From NCBI GenBank assembly GCA_963785725.1, contig CAWAWS010000024.1, positions 64,001 to 128,000 on the forward strand: 64,000 nucleotides of DNA, read 5' to 3'. A program made the position numbers and the translations under genes. This document shows positions 1-9,867 of this stretch, piece by piece (position 1 is the stretch's first letter; each line of letters starts with the position of its first letter). A model generated the notes under the pieces. That model was not told the DNA's origin, ran no database searches, and was given only the letters and a program-made list of their open reading frames with translations. This stretch comes from an uncultured delta proteobacterium. Its GTDB lineage: Bacteria; Myxococcota_A; Polyangia; Palsa-1104.

Positions 1-23
1 GCATGGGCGCGCGGCTCGAATGA
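1..23 (+). CDS. 3' end of an upstream gene (partial, ...MGARLE*)
   Basis: Frame reading ATG GGC GCG CGG CTC GAA TGA stops at 21-23 and overlaps the next ATG (ATGA). Too short to identify. Confidence 0.4.
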
Positions 24-175
24 GCGAGCGGCAGCGAGCGACTGTGAGCGTCCGGCCCGTCGGGCCAGCGGGTCGACCGACCCGTCACGGCGTAGCCGTG
101 ACCGAGCGGCAGCGAGCGACCGTCAGCGTCCGGCCCGTTGGGTCTCGTCGTCGAGCTCCGAAGGAGTCTCGATGA
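20..175 (+). repeat. Dispersed hairpin-rich intergenic repeat (two tandem units) forming a 51-aa mini-ORF
   Basis: Units start at 20 and 98 (GAGCGGCAGCGAGCGAC-GT-AGCGTCCGGCCCGT-GGG) and match 61002-61097. Open frame MSERQRATVSVRPVGPAGRPTRHGVAVTERQRATVSVRPVGSRRRAPKESR* has ATGA overlaps at both ends. Confidence 0.8.
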
Positions 176-2277
176 CGCTCGAAGCCAAGCCGAAGCCGCG
201 CCGCCGCTTTCGTACCCGCGTCTTCTTGTCGCTGCTCGGCCTGTCGCTGGTGACGTCGGTCGTCTCCGGCTGGGTCTTCTACAGCTTGCAGCTCAAGTTC
301 ATCGAGCAGGATCGCGCCCGCCGCGCCAACACGCTCCTGACGAGCCTGGCGACGCAAGCGGAGCTCGGCGCCTACGCGCGCGACGCCAGCCTGTGCGATC
401 TGCCGGCGCGGCGTACGTTTCGCGAGGACGACGTCGTCTTGGCCGGCGTCTACGATCCGGGCGGGCGCGAAATCTTGCGGCTCTCGGCGCCGGCGCTGGG
501 CACGCCGCCGCCGCCGCCGCTGGCGATGCTGCAGCAGCTCTTGCGCGATCCCGATTCGCCGCCGCTGCGCATCGCCGCCGAAGGCTGGGACGACATGTGG
601 ACGCCCATCGTCACGACCGCGCGACCGGCGGCGGCGGCGCTGTCGTCCGAGCCGGGCGGCCTGGCCACGGCGCGCGAAGTCGTCGGCTTGGCGCGCGTCG
701 GCCTGTCGCTGACTCCGGCGCGCGAGCAGCTGCAAGAGGTCTTGCGCACCGGCGAATATCTGGCGGCGGCGCTGGCCTGCTTGGGCGCGCTGGCGGCGCT
801 CTTCATCGCGCGGCGCATCTCGGGCCCGATTCTGGCGCTCGCCGCCGGCGCCGACGCCATCCGCGCCGGCAACTTGGACGTGCGCATCCACGCCGGCACC
901 GACGACGAGATCGGCCTTTTGGCGACGTCGTTCAACGCCATGGCCGCCGAATTACGCGAGACCTTGACGAAGCTCGAGTCGCTCAATCGCAACTTGGAAG
1001 GCGAAGTGTCGCGGCGCACCGACGAGATTCGCCGCTCGGCCGAGTTCACCGCCGTCTTGAACGCCGCGCACGAAGGCGAAGAGCTGAAGAAGCTGCTCGA
1101 TCACGCCTTGGTGACGCTCGTGGCCGCGACCGAAGTGCGCGCGGCGGCGATCCTCCTGACCAACGAAGAGGCGCTCGAGTTCGAGCTGCAGGTGGCGGCG
1201 GCGCGCGGCGACAGCCCGCCGGCGTTCGGCACCGTGCCGACGCAAGCGGCGCTGACGACCGGCGCGTCGCTCGTCGAGGACAACCGCGCCATCATCCCCA
1301 TCGTCTTTCGCGGCCAGCCCGAAGGCGCCATCGCTCTCCTCGATCCGACGCCGCACGCCATCGGCTTCTCCGAGCGCGCCGCCGGTCAATTGGCGATCGC
1401 GATCTCGAACGCGCGCGCCTACGCGGCGCTGCAGCATCTGGCGCGCGAGCTCACCGAGCGCAACTCGGCGCTGGTCGCGCAACGAGACCAGCTGCAGCAG
1501 ATGAACCGGCTGAAGTCGGAGTTCTTGGCCAACGTCTCGCACGAGCTGCGCACGCCGCTGAACGCCATCTTGGGCTACACCGAGCTCATCGCCGAGGGCA
1601 TTTACGGGCCGACGACGGGCGAACAGGTCGAAGCGCTCGGCGGCGTCGAAGAATCGTCGCGCAACTTGCTGACGCTCATCAATCAGATCCTCGATCTGTC
1701 GAAGGTCGAGTCGGGCAAGATCGAGATCTACGTGACCGAAGTGGTCATGCACGACATCGCGCAGCACGTCGCGGCCGAGGCGCAGGTGCTGTTGCGCGAC
1801 AAGCCGGGGCTGAAGCTGTCGGTCGTGGCGCGCAGCCGCATCGTCGTCAAGACCGACGCCGCCAAGGTGCAGCAGATCGTCACCAACCTCGTGTCCAACG
1901 CCATCAAGTTCACCGACCGCGGCTCGGTCACCATCGAGATTACGCCGACCAAAGACGGCGGCTGCAACTTGGCGGTGCGCGACACCGGCATCGGCATTCG
2001 CAAAGAAGATCAACAGCTCATCTTCGAAGAGTTCCGCCAGGTCGACGGCTCTTCGACGCGCCGCTACGCCGGCACCGGGCTCGGCTTGGCCATCGCGCGC
2101 CGCTTCGCCCTCTTGCTCGGCGGCGCGCTCGTCGTCGAGAGCTCGGCCGGCTCGGGCTCGACGTTCACCTTGACCTTGCCGCCCGAGCCGCGCGGCCGTC
2201 CGCCGGCGCCACCGTCGACGCGCCCATCTGGTACCTTACGCGCGGTGCCGCCACCGCCGATTGCGAGGACGAAATGA
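172..2277 (+). CDS. Membrane sensor histidine kinase (TM-periplasmic-TM-HAMP-GAF-HisKA-HATPase)
   Basis: H-box FLANVSHELRTPLNAI, N-box NLVSNAIKFT, G1 DTGIGI, G2 GTGLGL, HAMP DEIGLLATSFN. SD AAGGAG at 161-166. Confidence 0.95.
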   Translation: MTLEAKPKPRRRFRTRVFLSLLGLSLVTSVVSGWVFYSLQLKFIEQDRARRANTLLTSLATQAELGAYARDASLCDLPARRTFREDDVVLAGVYDPGGREILRLSAPALGTPPPPPLAMLQQLLRDPDSPPLRIAAEGWDDMWTPIVTTARPAAAALSSEPGGLATAREVVGLARVGLSLTPAREQLQEVLRTGEYLAAALACLGALAALFIARRISGPILALAAGADAIRAGNLDVRIHAGTDDEIGLLATSFNAMAAELRETLTKLESLNRNLEGEVSRRTDEIRRSAEFTAVLNAAHEGEELKKLLDHALVTLVAATEVRAAAILLTNEEALEFELQVAAARGDSPPAFGTVPTQAALTTGASLVEDNRAIIPIVFRGQPEGAIALLDPTPHAIGFSERAAGQLAIAISNARAYAALQHLARELTERNSALVAQRDQLQQMNRLKSEFLANVSHELRTPLNAILGYTELIAEGIYGPTTGEQVEALGGVEESSRNLLTLINQILDLSKVESGKIEIYVTEVVMHDIAQHVAAEAQVLLRDKPGLKLSVVARSRIVVKTDAAKVQQIVTNLVSNAIKFTDRGSVTIEITPTKDGGCNLAVRDTGIGIRKEDQQLIFEEFRQVDGSSTRRYAGTGLGLAIARRFALLLGGALVVESSAGSGSTFTLTLPPEPRGRPPAPPSTRPSGTLRAVPPPPIARTK

Positions 2278-2642
2278 CGAAGCGGGTGCTGTTGGTCGAA
2301 GACAATCCGCACAACCGCAAGATCTTCTCCGGCATGTTGACGCACTCGGGGTTCGAGGTGGTCGAGGCCGAGGATGGTCATCAGGCGATCGCCGAGATGG
2401 CCAGACAGCTGCCCGACATCGTGCTCATGGATCTGTCGATTCCCGGCATCGACGGCTGGGAGGTGACCCGCCGCTTCAAGGCCGACGCGCGCACCAAGGC
2501 CGTGCCGATCATCGCGCTGACCGCCCACGCCATGCGCGGCGACGAGGAGCGCGCGCGGGCCGCCGGCTGTGACCATTACCTGGCCAAGCCGGTGTCGCCC
2601 AAGAAAGTCGTGGAAGAGGTGCGCAAGCTCCTACCCAAATGA
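2274..2642 (+). CDS. Single-domain response regulator (DivK/CheY-like)
   Basis: VLLVEDN, LMDLSIP, ALTAHAM, KP motifs. ATGA overlap with the kinase. Confidence 0.95.
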   Translation: MTKRVLLVEDNPHNRKIFSGMLTHSGFEVVEAEDGHQAIAEMARQLPDIVLMDLSIPGIDGWEVTRRFKADARTKAVPIIALTAHAMRGDEERARAAGCDHYLAKPVSPKKVVEEVRKLLPK

Positions 2643-2737
2643 TGGCCAACTAGCGACAAGTCGTAACGGATCCCGTTATCCACGTTTTCGTGATGGCGCT
2701 TTACCCCACACATCGGTTTGAGTAAAATCACACGAGC

Positions 2738-4354
2738 ATGGCGAAGCTGATCCTCACGTCGGGAGAGCAGCGTCAAGAGTTCGAGCTCGCTGCGCTCAAC
2801 ACCATCGGCCGCCATCCGGACAATTCGATCCAGATCCTCGACCGCATCATCTCCAAAGAGCACGCGCAGATCCTGAAGAGCGGCGATGGTCGCTTCCTCT
2901 TGCGCGATTTGGGGTCGCTCAACGGCACGTACGTGGCCGGCGCGCGCGTGTCCGAGGTGCTGCTCAAGCACGGCGACGAGCTGGTGCTCGGCTCGACGCA
3001 CCTCATGTACGTCGAGCAGACCGAGACCGAAGAGTCGCTCAACCGCGTGACCATCGCGCCCTCGTCGCTGGAATCGATCGTGCGCCACAAAGTGGACGCG
3101 ACCTCGGCCAACCGCGACTTCTTGCCCGAGAAGCAGATCGGCGACATCGAGCAGGTGCGGCGCGATTACGAGAAGCTGCGCATCGCCCACGAGCTCGGTC
3201 GCGCCATCGTCGGCGTGCTCGACTTCGAGCAGCTGCTGCCGCAGCATTCTCGACAAGGCGTTCGACCTCTTGGCGGCCGACCGCGGCGTCATTCTGCTCT
3301 ACGATCGACGACAGCAAGCTGACGCCGCGTTACGTCAAGCATCGCACCGGCCGCGACGACGATCAGATCGTCCTCTCGAAGTCGATCATCGCCGAGGTCG
3401 AGACGCAGAAGAAGGCCGTGCTCTCGTCGGACGCGACGATGGATTCGCGCTTTTCGGGCGCGCACTCGATCATCATGCAGGGCATTCGCTCGACGATGTG
3501 CGTGCCGCTCATCCACGGCGACGAGCTGCTCGGCATCATGCACATGGACTCGCAGATCGCGACCAACGCCTTCACCGAGAAGGATCTGCAGATCTTCACC
3601 GGCATCGCGGCGCAGGCGGCGGTCGCGATTCAGAACGCGCGGCTGGCGAAGAAGATCGAGGAAGAGACGAAGACGCGCGCGCAGTTCCAGCGCCTGCTTG
3701 TCGCCCAACCTCGTCGAGCAGCTGGTCGAGGGCAAGCTGCACCTCGAGAAGGGCGGCGAGCTGCGCGAGGTGACGATCCTCATCTCCGACATTCGCGGCT
3801 TCACGGCCATGTCGGAGAAGAAGGAGCCGGCCGAGATCGTTCAGATGCTGAACGAATACTTCGAGGTGATGGTCGACATCCTGTTCCGCGCGCAAGGCAC
3901 GCTCGACAAGTACGTCGGCGACGAGATCATGGCGCTGTTCGGCGCGCCCGTCGACATGCCGGACGCGCCGATTCACGCGGTGCACTGCGCGGTCGACATG
4001 CAGAAGGCGCTGCGCGAGTTCAACCGCACGCGCGTCGCCGAGGGGCTCGAGCCGATCAAGATCGGCATCGGCATCAACACCGGACGCGTCATCACCGGCG
4101 CCATCGGCTCGTCGCGCACGCTGCAGTACACGGCCATCGGCGACGCGGTCAACACCGCCTCGCGCTTGTGCTCCGTCGCCAAGCCGGGCGAGATCATCCT
4201 GTCGGAGGCGACGATGCGGCGCGTGGCCGGCCACGTCGACCTCGTGACCTTGCCGCCCGTGCGCCTCAAGGGCAAAGAGATGGAGCAGCAGATCTACAAC
4301 GTCATCGGCATGAAGGGTGACGAATGGCGGGCGGAACGCACGCGCCCGATGTAG
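2738..4354 (+). CDS. FHA-GAF-adenylate/guanylate cyclase (class III), split by three apparent +1 frameshifts (~3242, ~3307, ~3698)
   Basis: FHA IGRHPDN..ISKEHA..SLNGT, GAF GIRSTMCVPL, cyclase SDIRGFT, DKYVGDEIMA, YTAIGDAVNTASRL. K and T specificity residues favour adenylate cyclase. Confidence 0.9.
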
Positions 4355-4367
4355 TAGACTGCCGTCC

Positions 4368-5036
4368 GTGTTTGGGCGGCGGCAAACCTTACTCGTTCTA
4401 ACGATTGCGCTTTTGTCGGCGCCGGCGCGTGCGCAGCCGGGGCCGGTGCAGCAGTCGGCGCCGCTCGACAACGAGCCGGGCATCGTCGAGGCGCGCTCGG
4501 TGACGTGGCCGCTGACGGTCGACATGCACGCGCTCATCGGCTTCGAGCCGCACGATCGCGGCACGCCGGTGGCGTTCGGCGCCGGCCTCGAGCTCTTGCA
4601 TCGCGCGCGCATCGGCGGCTTCATCTCGCTGTTGGCGTCGGAGGGCGCGCCGATCATCACGCCGACGGTCAATGGCGTGCAGCAGCCGTCGTTCGCCGAT
4701 CGCATCTCGATCCCCTTCGGCTTCGCGGCGCGTCCGCTGATGCTGCTCGGCGTCGATCGCGATTCGTGGACGGGTCGACTGTTGTCGGGCATCGACCTGC
4801 AGCTCGGCATCACCATCGAGCACCTACGCACGAGCGACGACAGCGTGACGACGGCCGGCTTGCACGCCGCCGTCGCCGTCGAGGTGCCGATTTGGGGCGG
4901 GCCGAAGCAAGGCGGCGTGGCGCTGCGCCTGGCGGCGCGCTTCATCGTCACGCCGTCGGCGACGCTGGACGCGGGCACCGTGTTCGAGCCCATCGGCTCG
5001 ACGCAGCTGTTCGCCGGGCTGAGCTATTTTCCATGA
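4368..5036 (+). CDS. Exported hypothetical protein, possible small outer-membrane beta-barrel
   Basis: Signal-peptide-like N-terminus (..ARA/QP), alternating hydrophobic strands, aromatic C-terminus AGLSYFP. Start codon uncertain. Confidence 0.6.
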   Translation: MFGRRQTLLVLTIALLSAPARAQPGPVQQSAPLDNEPGIVEARSVTWPLTVDMHALIGFEPHDRGTPVAFGAGLELLHRARIGGFISLLASEGAPIITPTVNGVQQPSFADRISIPFGFAARPLMLLGVDRDSWTGRLLSGIDLQLGITIEHLRTSDDSVTTAGLHAAVAVEVPIWGGPKQGGVALRLAARFIVTPSATLDAGTVFEPIGSTQLFAGLSYFP

Positions 5037-6730
5037 CACCTTCTCATTCTTCGGCTTCATCGCCGGCACAGCTGGAAATTTGGAACCATCGCTTGGCGCA
5101 GGTGGCCGAGGAGATGGGCGTCGCGCTCGGCCGCGCGGCGTTTTCGCCCAACATCAAAGAGCGGCGCGATTATTCGTGCGCGGTCTTCGACGCCTTCGGC
5201 CGGCTGGTGGCGCAGGCGGCGCATATTCCGGTGCACTTGGGCGCCACGGCGCTGTCGCTCGGCGCCGTGCTGCAGACGATGACGCTGGCCGACGGTGACG
5301 TCGCCATCGTCAACGATCCGTACGCGGGCGGCACGCACCTGCCCGACATCACGCTCGTGCGCGCGGTGTTCGCGGGCGGCGAGCGCATCGGCTACGTCGC
5401 CAATCGCGCCCATCACGCCGACGTCGGCGGCGGCGCGCCCGGGTCGATGCCGATGGGCGTGCGCGCCGTCGGTGACGCGCTGCCGGAAGCGGAAGAGACG
5501 CCGGTGGCGATGGGGCCGCAATATGCGCAGGCGCCGAGCGCGACGTTGCGGACGCGCGCGGTCACGATCGACGAGGAAGGCGTGCGCATCGCGCCGTCGC
5601 TGCTCGATGACGCGATCGTGGCGCGGCTGTGCGCGGCCGCGCGCGCGCCGGATGACCGGCGCGGCGATCTGGCGGCGCAGCAGGCGGCGCTCGAGGTCGG
5701 CTGCCGGCGGCTGCAAGCGCTGGCCGCGACCTACGGCGCCGACACCTTGCGCGCCCGCGGCGACGAGCTCATCGCTTACGGCGAAGCGCTGTTACGGGCC
5801 GCCATCAGCGCCATCCCCGACGGCGTCTACGCCTTCGCCGACTCGCTCGACGACGACGGCGCCGGCACGCACGACGTCGGCGTCCGCGTGCTCATCCACA
5901 TCCAAGGCGACCGCGCCGTCGTCGACTTCTCGGACTCCGACGGCGAAGTGCAGGGCCCGCTCAACGCCGTGTATGCCGTCACGTTATCGGCGGTGGTCTA
6001 CGCGTTTCGCCTGCTCATGCCCCATGACGCGCCCACGAATCATGGGCTGTACGCGCCGCTCGACGTCATCGCGCCCGAAGGCTCGATCGTCAACGCCAAC
6101 CCGCCGCGCGCCGTCGCCGCCGGCAACGTCGAGACGTCGCAGCGCATCGTCGACGTCGTCTTGGGCGCGTTGGCGCAGGCGCTGCCCGGTCGTCTACCGG
6201 CAGCGAGCGCGGGCACGATGAGCAACCTCTTGCTCGGCGACGACGAGCGCGCCTATTACGAGACCATCGGCGGCGGCGCCGGCGCCAGCGCCAACGGACC
6301 CGGCGCCAGCTGCGTGCACACGCACATGACCAACACGCGCAACACGCCCGTCGAAGCGCTGGAGCAGGCGCTGCCGGTGCGCGTCGTGCGCTACGAGCGG
6401 CGGCGGCATTCCGGCGGCGGCGGGCAGTTCGCCGGCGGCGACGGCGTCGTGCGCGAGCTCGAGCTGCTCGCCGACATGACGGTCACCCTCGTCGGCGAGC
6501 GCCGGCGACGACCGCCGTACGGCCTCATGGGCGGCGGTCCGGGCGTTCCCGGCGAAGACTGGATCGAGCGCGGTGACGAACGCCGCCGCCTGCCGCCCAA
6601 GGTGACGTTCGCGGCGCGTGCCGGCGATCGCTTGACCATCGCCACGCCCGGTGGCGGCGGTTACGGCGACACGATGCGCGCGAAGTTTTGGGCGAGCATT
6701 CTGTCGGGCGAGGCTTTGAAGCTCGACTAG
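5033..6730 (+). CDS. Hydantoinase B / 5-oxoprolinase family protein
   Basis: [55 protein letters not shown]. Confidence 0.92.
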   Translation: MTPSHSSASSPAQLEIWNHRLAQVAEEMGVALGRAAFSPNIKERRDYSCAVFDAFGRLVAQAAHIPVHLGATALSLGAVLQTMTLADGDVAIVNDPYAGGTHLPDITLVRAVFAGGERIGYVANRAHHADVGGGAPGSMPMGVRAVGDALPEAEETPVAMGPQYAQAPSATLRTRAVTIDEEGVRIAPSLLDDAIVARLCAAARAPDDRRGDLAAQQAALEVGCRRLQALAATYGADTLRARGDELIAYGEALLRAAISAIPDGVYAFADSLDDDGAGTHDVGVRVLIHIQGDRAVVDFSDSDGEVQGPLNAVYAVTLSAVVYAFRLLMPHDAPTNHGLYAPLDVIAPEGSIVNANPPRAVAAGNVETSQRIVDVVLGALAQALPGRLPAASAGTMSNLLLGDDERAYYETIGGGAGASANGPGASCVHTHMTNTRNTPVEALEQALPVRVVRYERRRHSGGGGQFAGGDGVVRELELLADMTVTLVGERRRRPPYGLMGGGPGVPGEDWIERGDERRRLPPKVTFAARAGDRLTIATPGGGGYGDTMRAKFWASILSGEALKLD

Positions 6731-6749
6731 CCGACCTATCTCCGGCTGC

Positions 6750-7028
6750 ATGCGCAACTTCGTACGAGTCACCGCGTTCGCCGTCTTGTTCGCGCCCGCC
6801 CTCGGATTCGCCGACGACAAGGTCAAAGACACCGCCGGCAACGCGGCACACACCGGCATCGACGCCGTCGTCGACAGCGGGCGCACCGTCGGTCGCACGA
6901 CGAAGGCCGCGGTCAAAGGCGGAACGCCGGCCGCGAAGGCGACGCTCGACGAGAACGCCGACAAGACCAAGCGCGACGCGCACGACAACGCCGCGGCGAC
7001 GCGCGCCGCCGCCCATGAATCGGAGTAG
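6750..7028 (+). CDS. Small secreted hypothetical protein
   Basis: Signal peptide then hydrophilic Ala/Lys/Thr-rich 92-aa sequence with high GC3. Confidence 0.7.
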   Translation: MRNFVRVTAFAVLFAPALGFADDKVKDTAGNAAHTGIDAVVDSGRTVGRTTKAAVKGGTPAAKATLDENADKTKRDAHDNAAATRAAAHESE

Positions 7029-7031
7029 CCG

Positions 7032-8323
7032 CTAGCCGTCTTTGTCTTTTTCGGGCTCGCCCGGCGGCTCGAGCGGCAGCCAGACGATGAACTCCGCGCC
7101 CTGGCCCGGCGGCCGCGATCCCAGATCGATGCGCCCGCCGTGCGAGCGCGCAATCCGCTGCGAAATCGCCAAGCCGAGGCCCGTGCCTTCGCCGACGTCT
7201 TTGGTCGTGAAGAACGGGTCGAAGATCTTCATCGCCAGCTCGGCCGGCACGCCCGGGCCGTTGTCGCGCACGCTGACGCGCACGCCGTCGCCGTCGGGCC
7301 CCGCCGAAATGTAAATTTCGCCGCCCGGCCCCGCCGCCTGCGTCGCGTTCGTCAGGAGGTTCATGAAGACCTGCTGCACCTGCCCGCCGCGGCAACGCAC
7401 GCGCGGCAGCGGCGAATAGAGCCGATGCACGGTCACGCGATCGCGCATCATCGGCGCCAGCAAGTGCAGCGTCGTCTCCAGGCCGGCGATGAGGTCGGTC
7501 TCCTCGATCTTGCCCACTTGCGGCCGCGAGAACGCCTTCAGGCCGGCGACGATCTGCGCCGTCCGCTCGGCGCCGGCGCGCACGCTCTTCAAGAGGCGCT
7601 CCCAATCCTCCATCAGGAACTCGAAGTCGATGCTCTCTTTGAACGCCTGCGCTTCGGCGCGCGTCTCGTCCGTCAGCTGCGCCGCTTCGTAGAGCCCGAT
7701 CAAGTTGATGAGATGGCGGAAATACTGCGCCAGGAAGTCGACGTTGCCGTAGACGAAGTTGATCGGGTTGTTGAGCTCGTGCGCGATACCGGCGACGAGC
7801 CGGCCGAGCGACGACATCTTCTCGTTCAAGACCAGCTGATCTTGCGCGCGGCTCAGCGCTTCGGTGCGCTCGAGGACTTTGCGCTCGAGATCCTCTTTGA
7901 CGCCGCGCTCGCGCGCCAACAGCGAGTGATACTTGCGCTGCACGCGCGACTCGGCCGTGACGTCGCGATAGGTCTCGAGCACGAGGCCGTTGCCGAGCGG
8001 CGTCGAGGTGACGATGAGCGTCAGGTCCTCGCCGTCGCCGCGGCGCGCGTGAATTTCGTGCATGCGCAGCGGCTTTCCGACGGCCACCGCGCGCCGCATG
8101 ATGCAGCTCTCGGCGCAGATCTCGAGGTTGAACAGCTTGTGGCACGGCGTTCCCGCCGCCGCCGCCGCCGCCACTTCGCGCGGACGCCGGCCGGTATAGG
8201 CGTCATAGGCCGAGTTGCGATAGAGGACATGATGCTCTTGATCGAGGATGACCGCGGCGTCGACGGCGCCTTCGAGCACGCGCTTCAGGTCGGCGAGCGC
8301 ATCATCGGCTGGGTTGATCGTCG

Positions 8324-8327
<4 letters not shown>
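7032..8327 (-). CDS. Cytoplasmic PAS sensor histidine kinase (NtrB-like)
   Basis: [52 protein letters not shown] domain has [14 protein letters not shown]. Confidence 0.95.
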
Positions 8328-8890
<563 letters not shown>

Positions 8891-8948
8891 CTAACCCTGG
8901 GGTTGGTCCTGTGTCGCGTGCTTGTAGTGCTGCTTGCATCGCGCGCGC

Positions 8949-9867
8949 TTATTGAGCGTTGGGCTGCCAGTAGAGTGACTTCAGCTCGGGCATGCCGGGA
9001 TCGAGCGTCGGCGCCACGAGCACGTCCTGATCCTCGATGCGGACGACCTCGGGCTCGACCATGACCGGCCGCCGCGTCTTGCCGCCCATGCGCGACGCCA
9101 GCGCGCGGTAGGGCTCGCCGCCGGCCGCCTTCCAGCCGTCGAGGCCGGGACCGGCGGCGCCGTGACCGAGCACCGCGGCTTTGACCTTGGCCACGAGATC
9201 GGGCGCCAAGCCGGTGGCGACCTCACAGAACGCCGGATTGGGCACGCGATCGCGCACTTCGAACAGCACCTTCAAGCCCTTGCCTTGGCTCTCGGGCGCG
9301 AACACGGCGTCGGCTTTGTGCAGGTTCACCGCCGCGACCGCGGCCGCGATGTCCGGCGCCGGCGCGCGCGAGGCGAAGAACTTGGCGACCTGCAATTCAC
9401 CGTCGAAGAGCGCGTTCGACAGGAAGTCGGCGTCGCGCGGACCGGAGGCGGCCAGGCTCAGCTTCTTGCCCTGCAGGTCTTCCACTTTCGTCACCGAGCC
9501 GGAGAAGAGCGCCCACTTCGGCGCCACGTCGCCGCCCGACGTCGCCGTCGCCAACACCTGCCACGGCACGCCACGCTGCGCCAGGTAGACGCCATCGACG
9601 ACCGCGAAATCGACCTGCTTGGCCTTGATGGCGTTCTCGAGAATCGGCGGCGCGCGCGAACGCCTTGCCATTCGCCGGCACGCCCAGCGACGTCACCTGC
9701 TGCGCGAGGCGATTGACGAACGCATAGCGCTCGGTGCCCGAATCGAACGGCGCATTGGGCGCGTAGATGGCGATGGTGATCGCCTTCTCGGCTGCGTGCG
9801 CGCTCGTCGCGGTCACGACCGCCGCCAACGAAGCCACCATTGTTGCGAGGGCGAACCGGAAAGTCAC
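8949..9867 (-). CDS. Periplasmic substrate-binding protein, PhnD/phosphonate-binding-like (apparent frameshift ~9642)
   Basis: Signal peptide (..SAHA/AEK), VEDLQGKKL, AVNLHKADAVF, VPNPAF. GTGA overlap with the upstream TPR gene. Confidence 0.7.
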
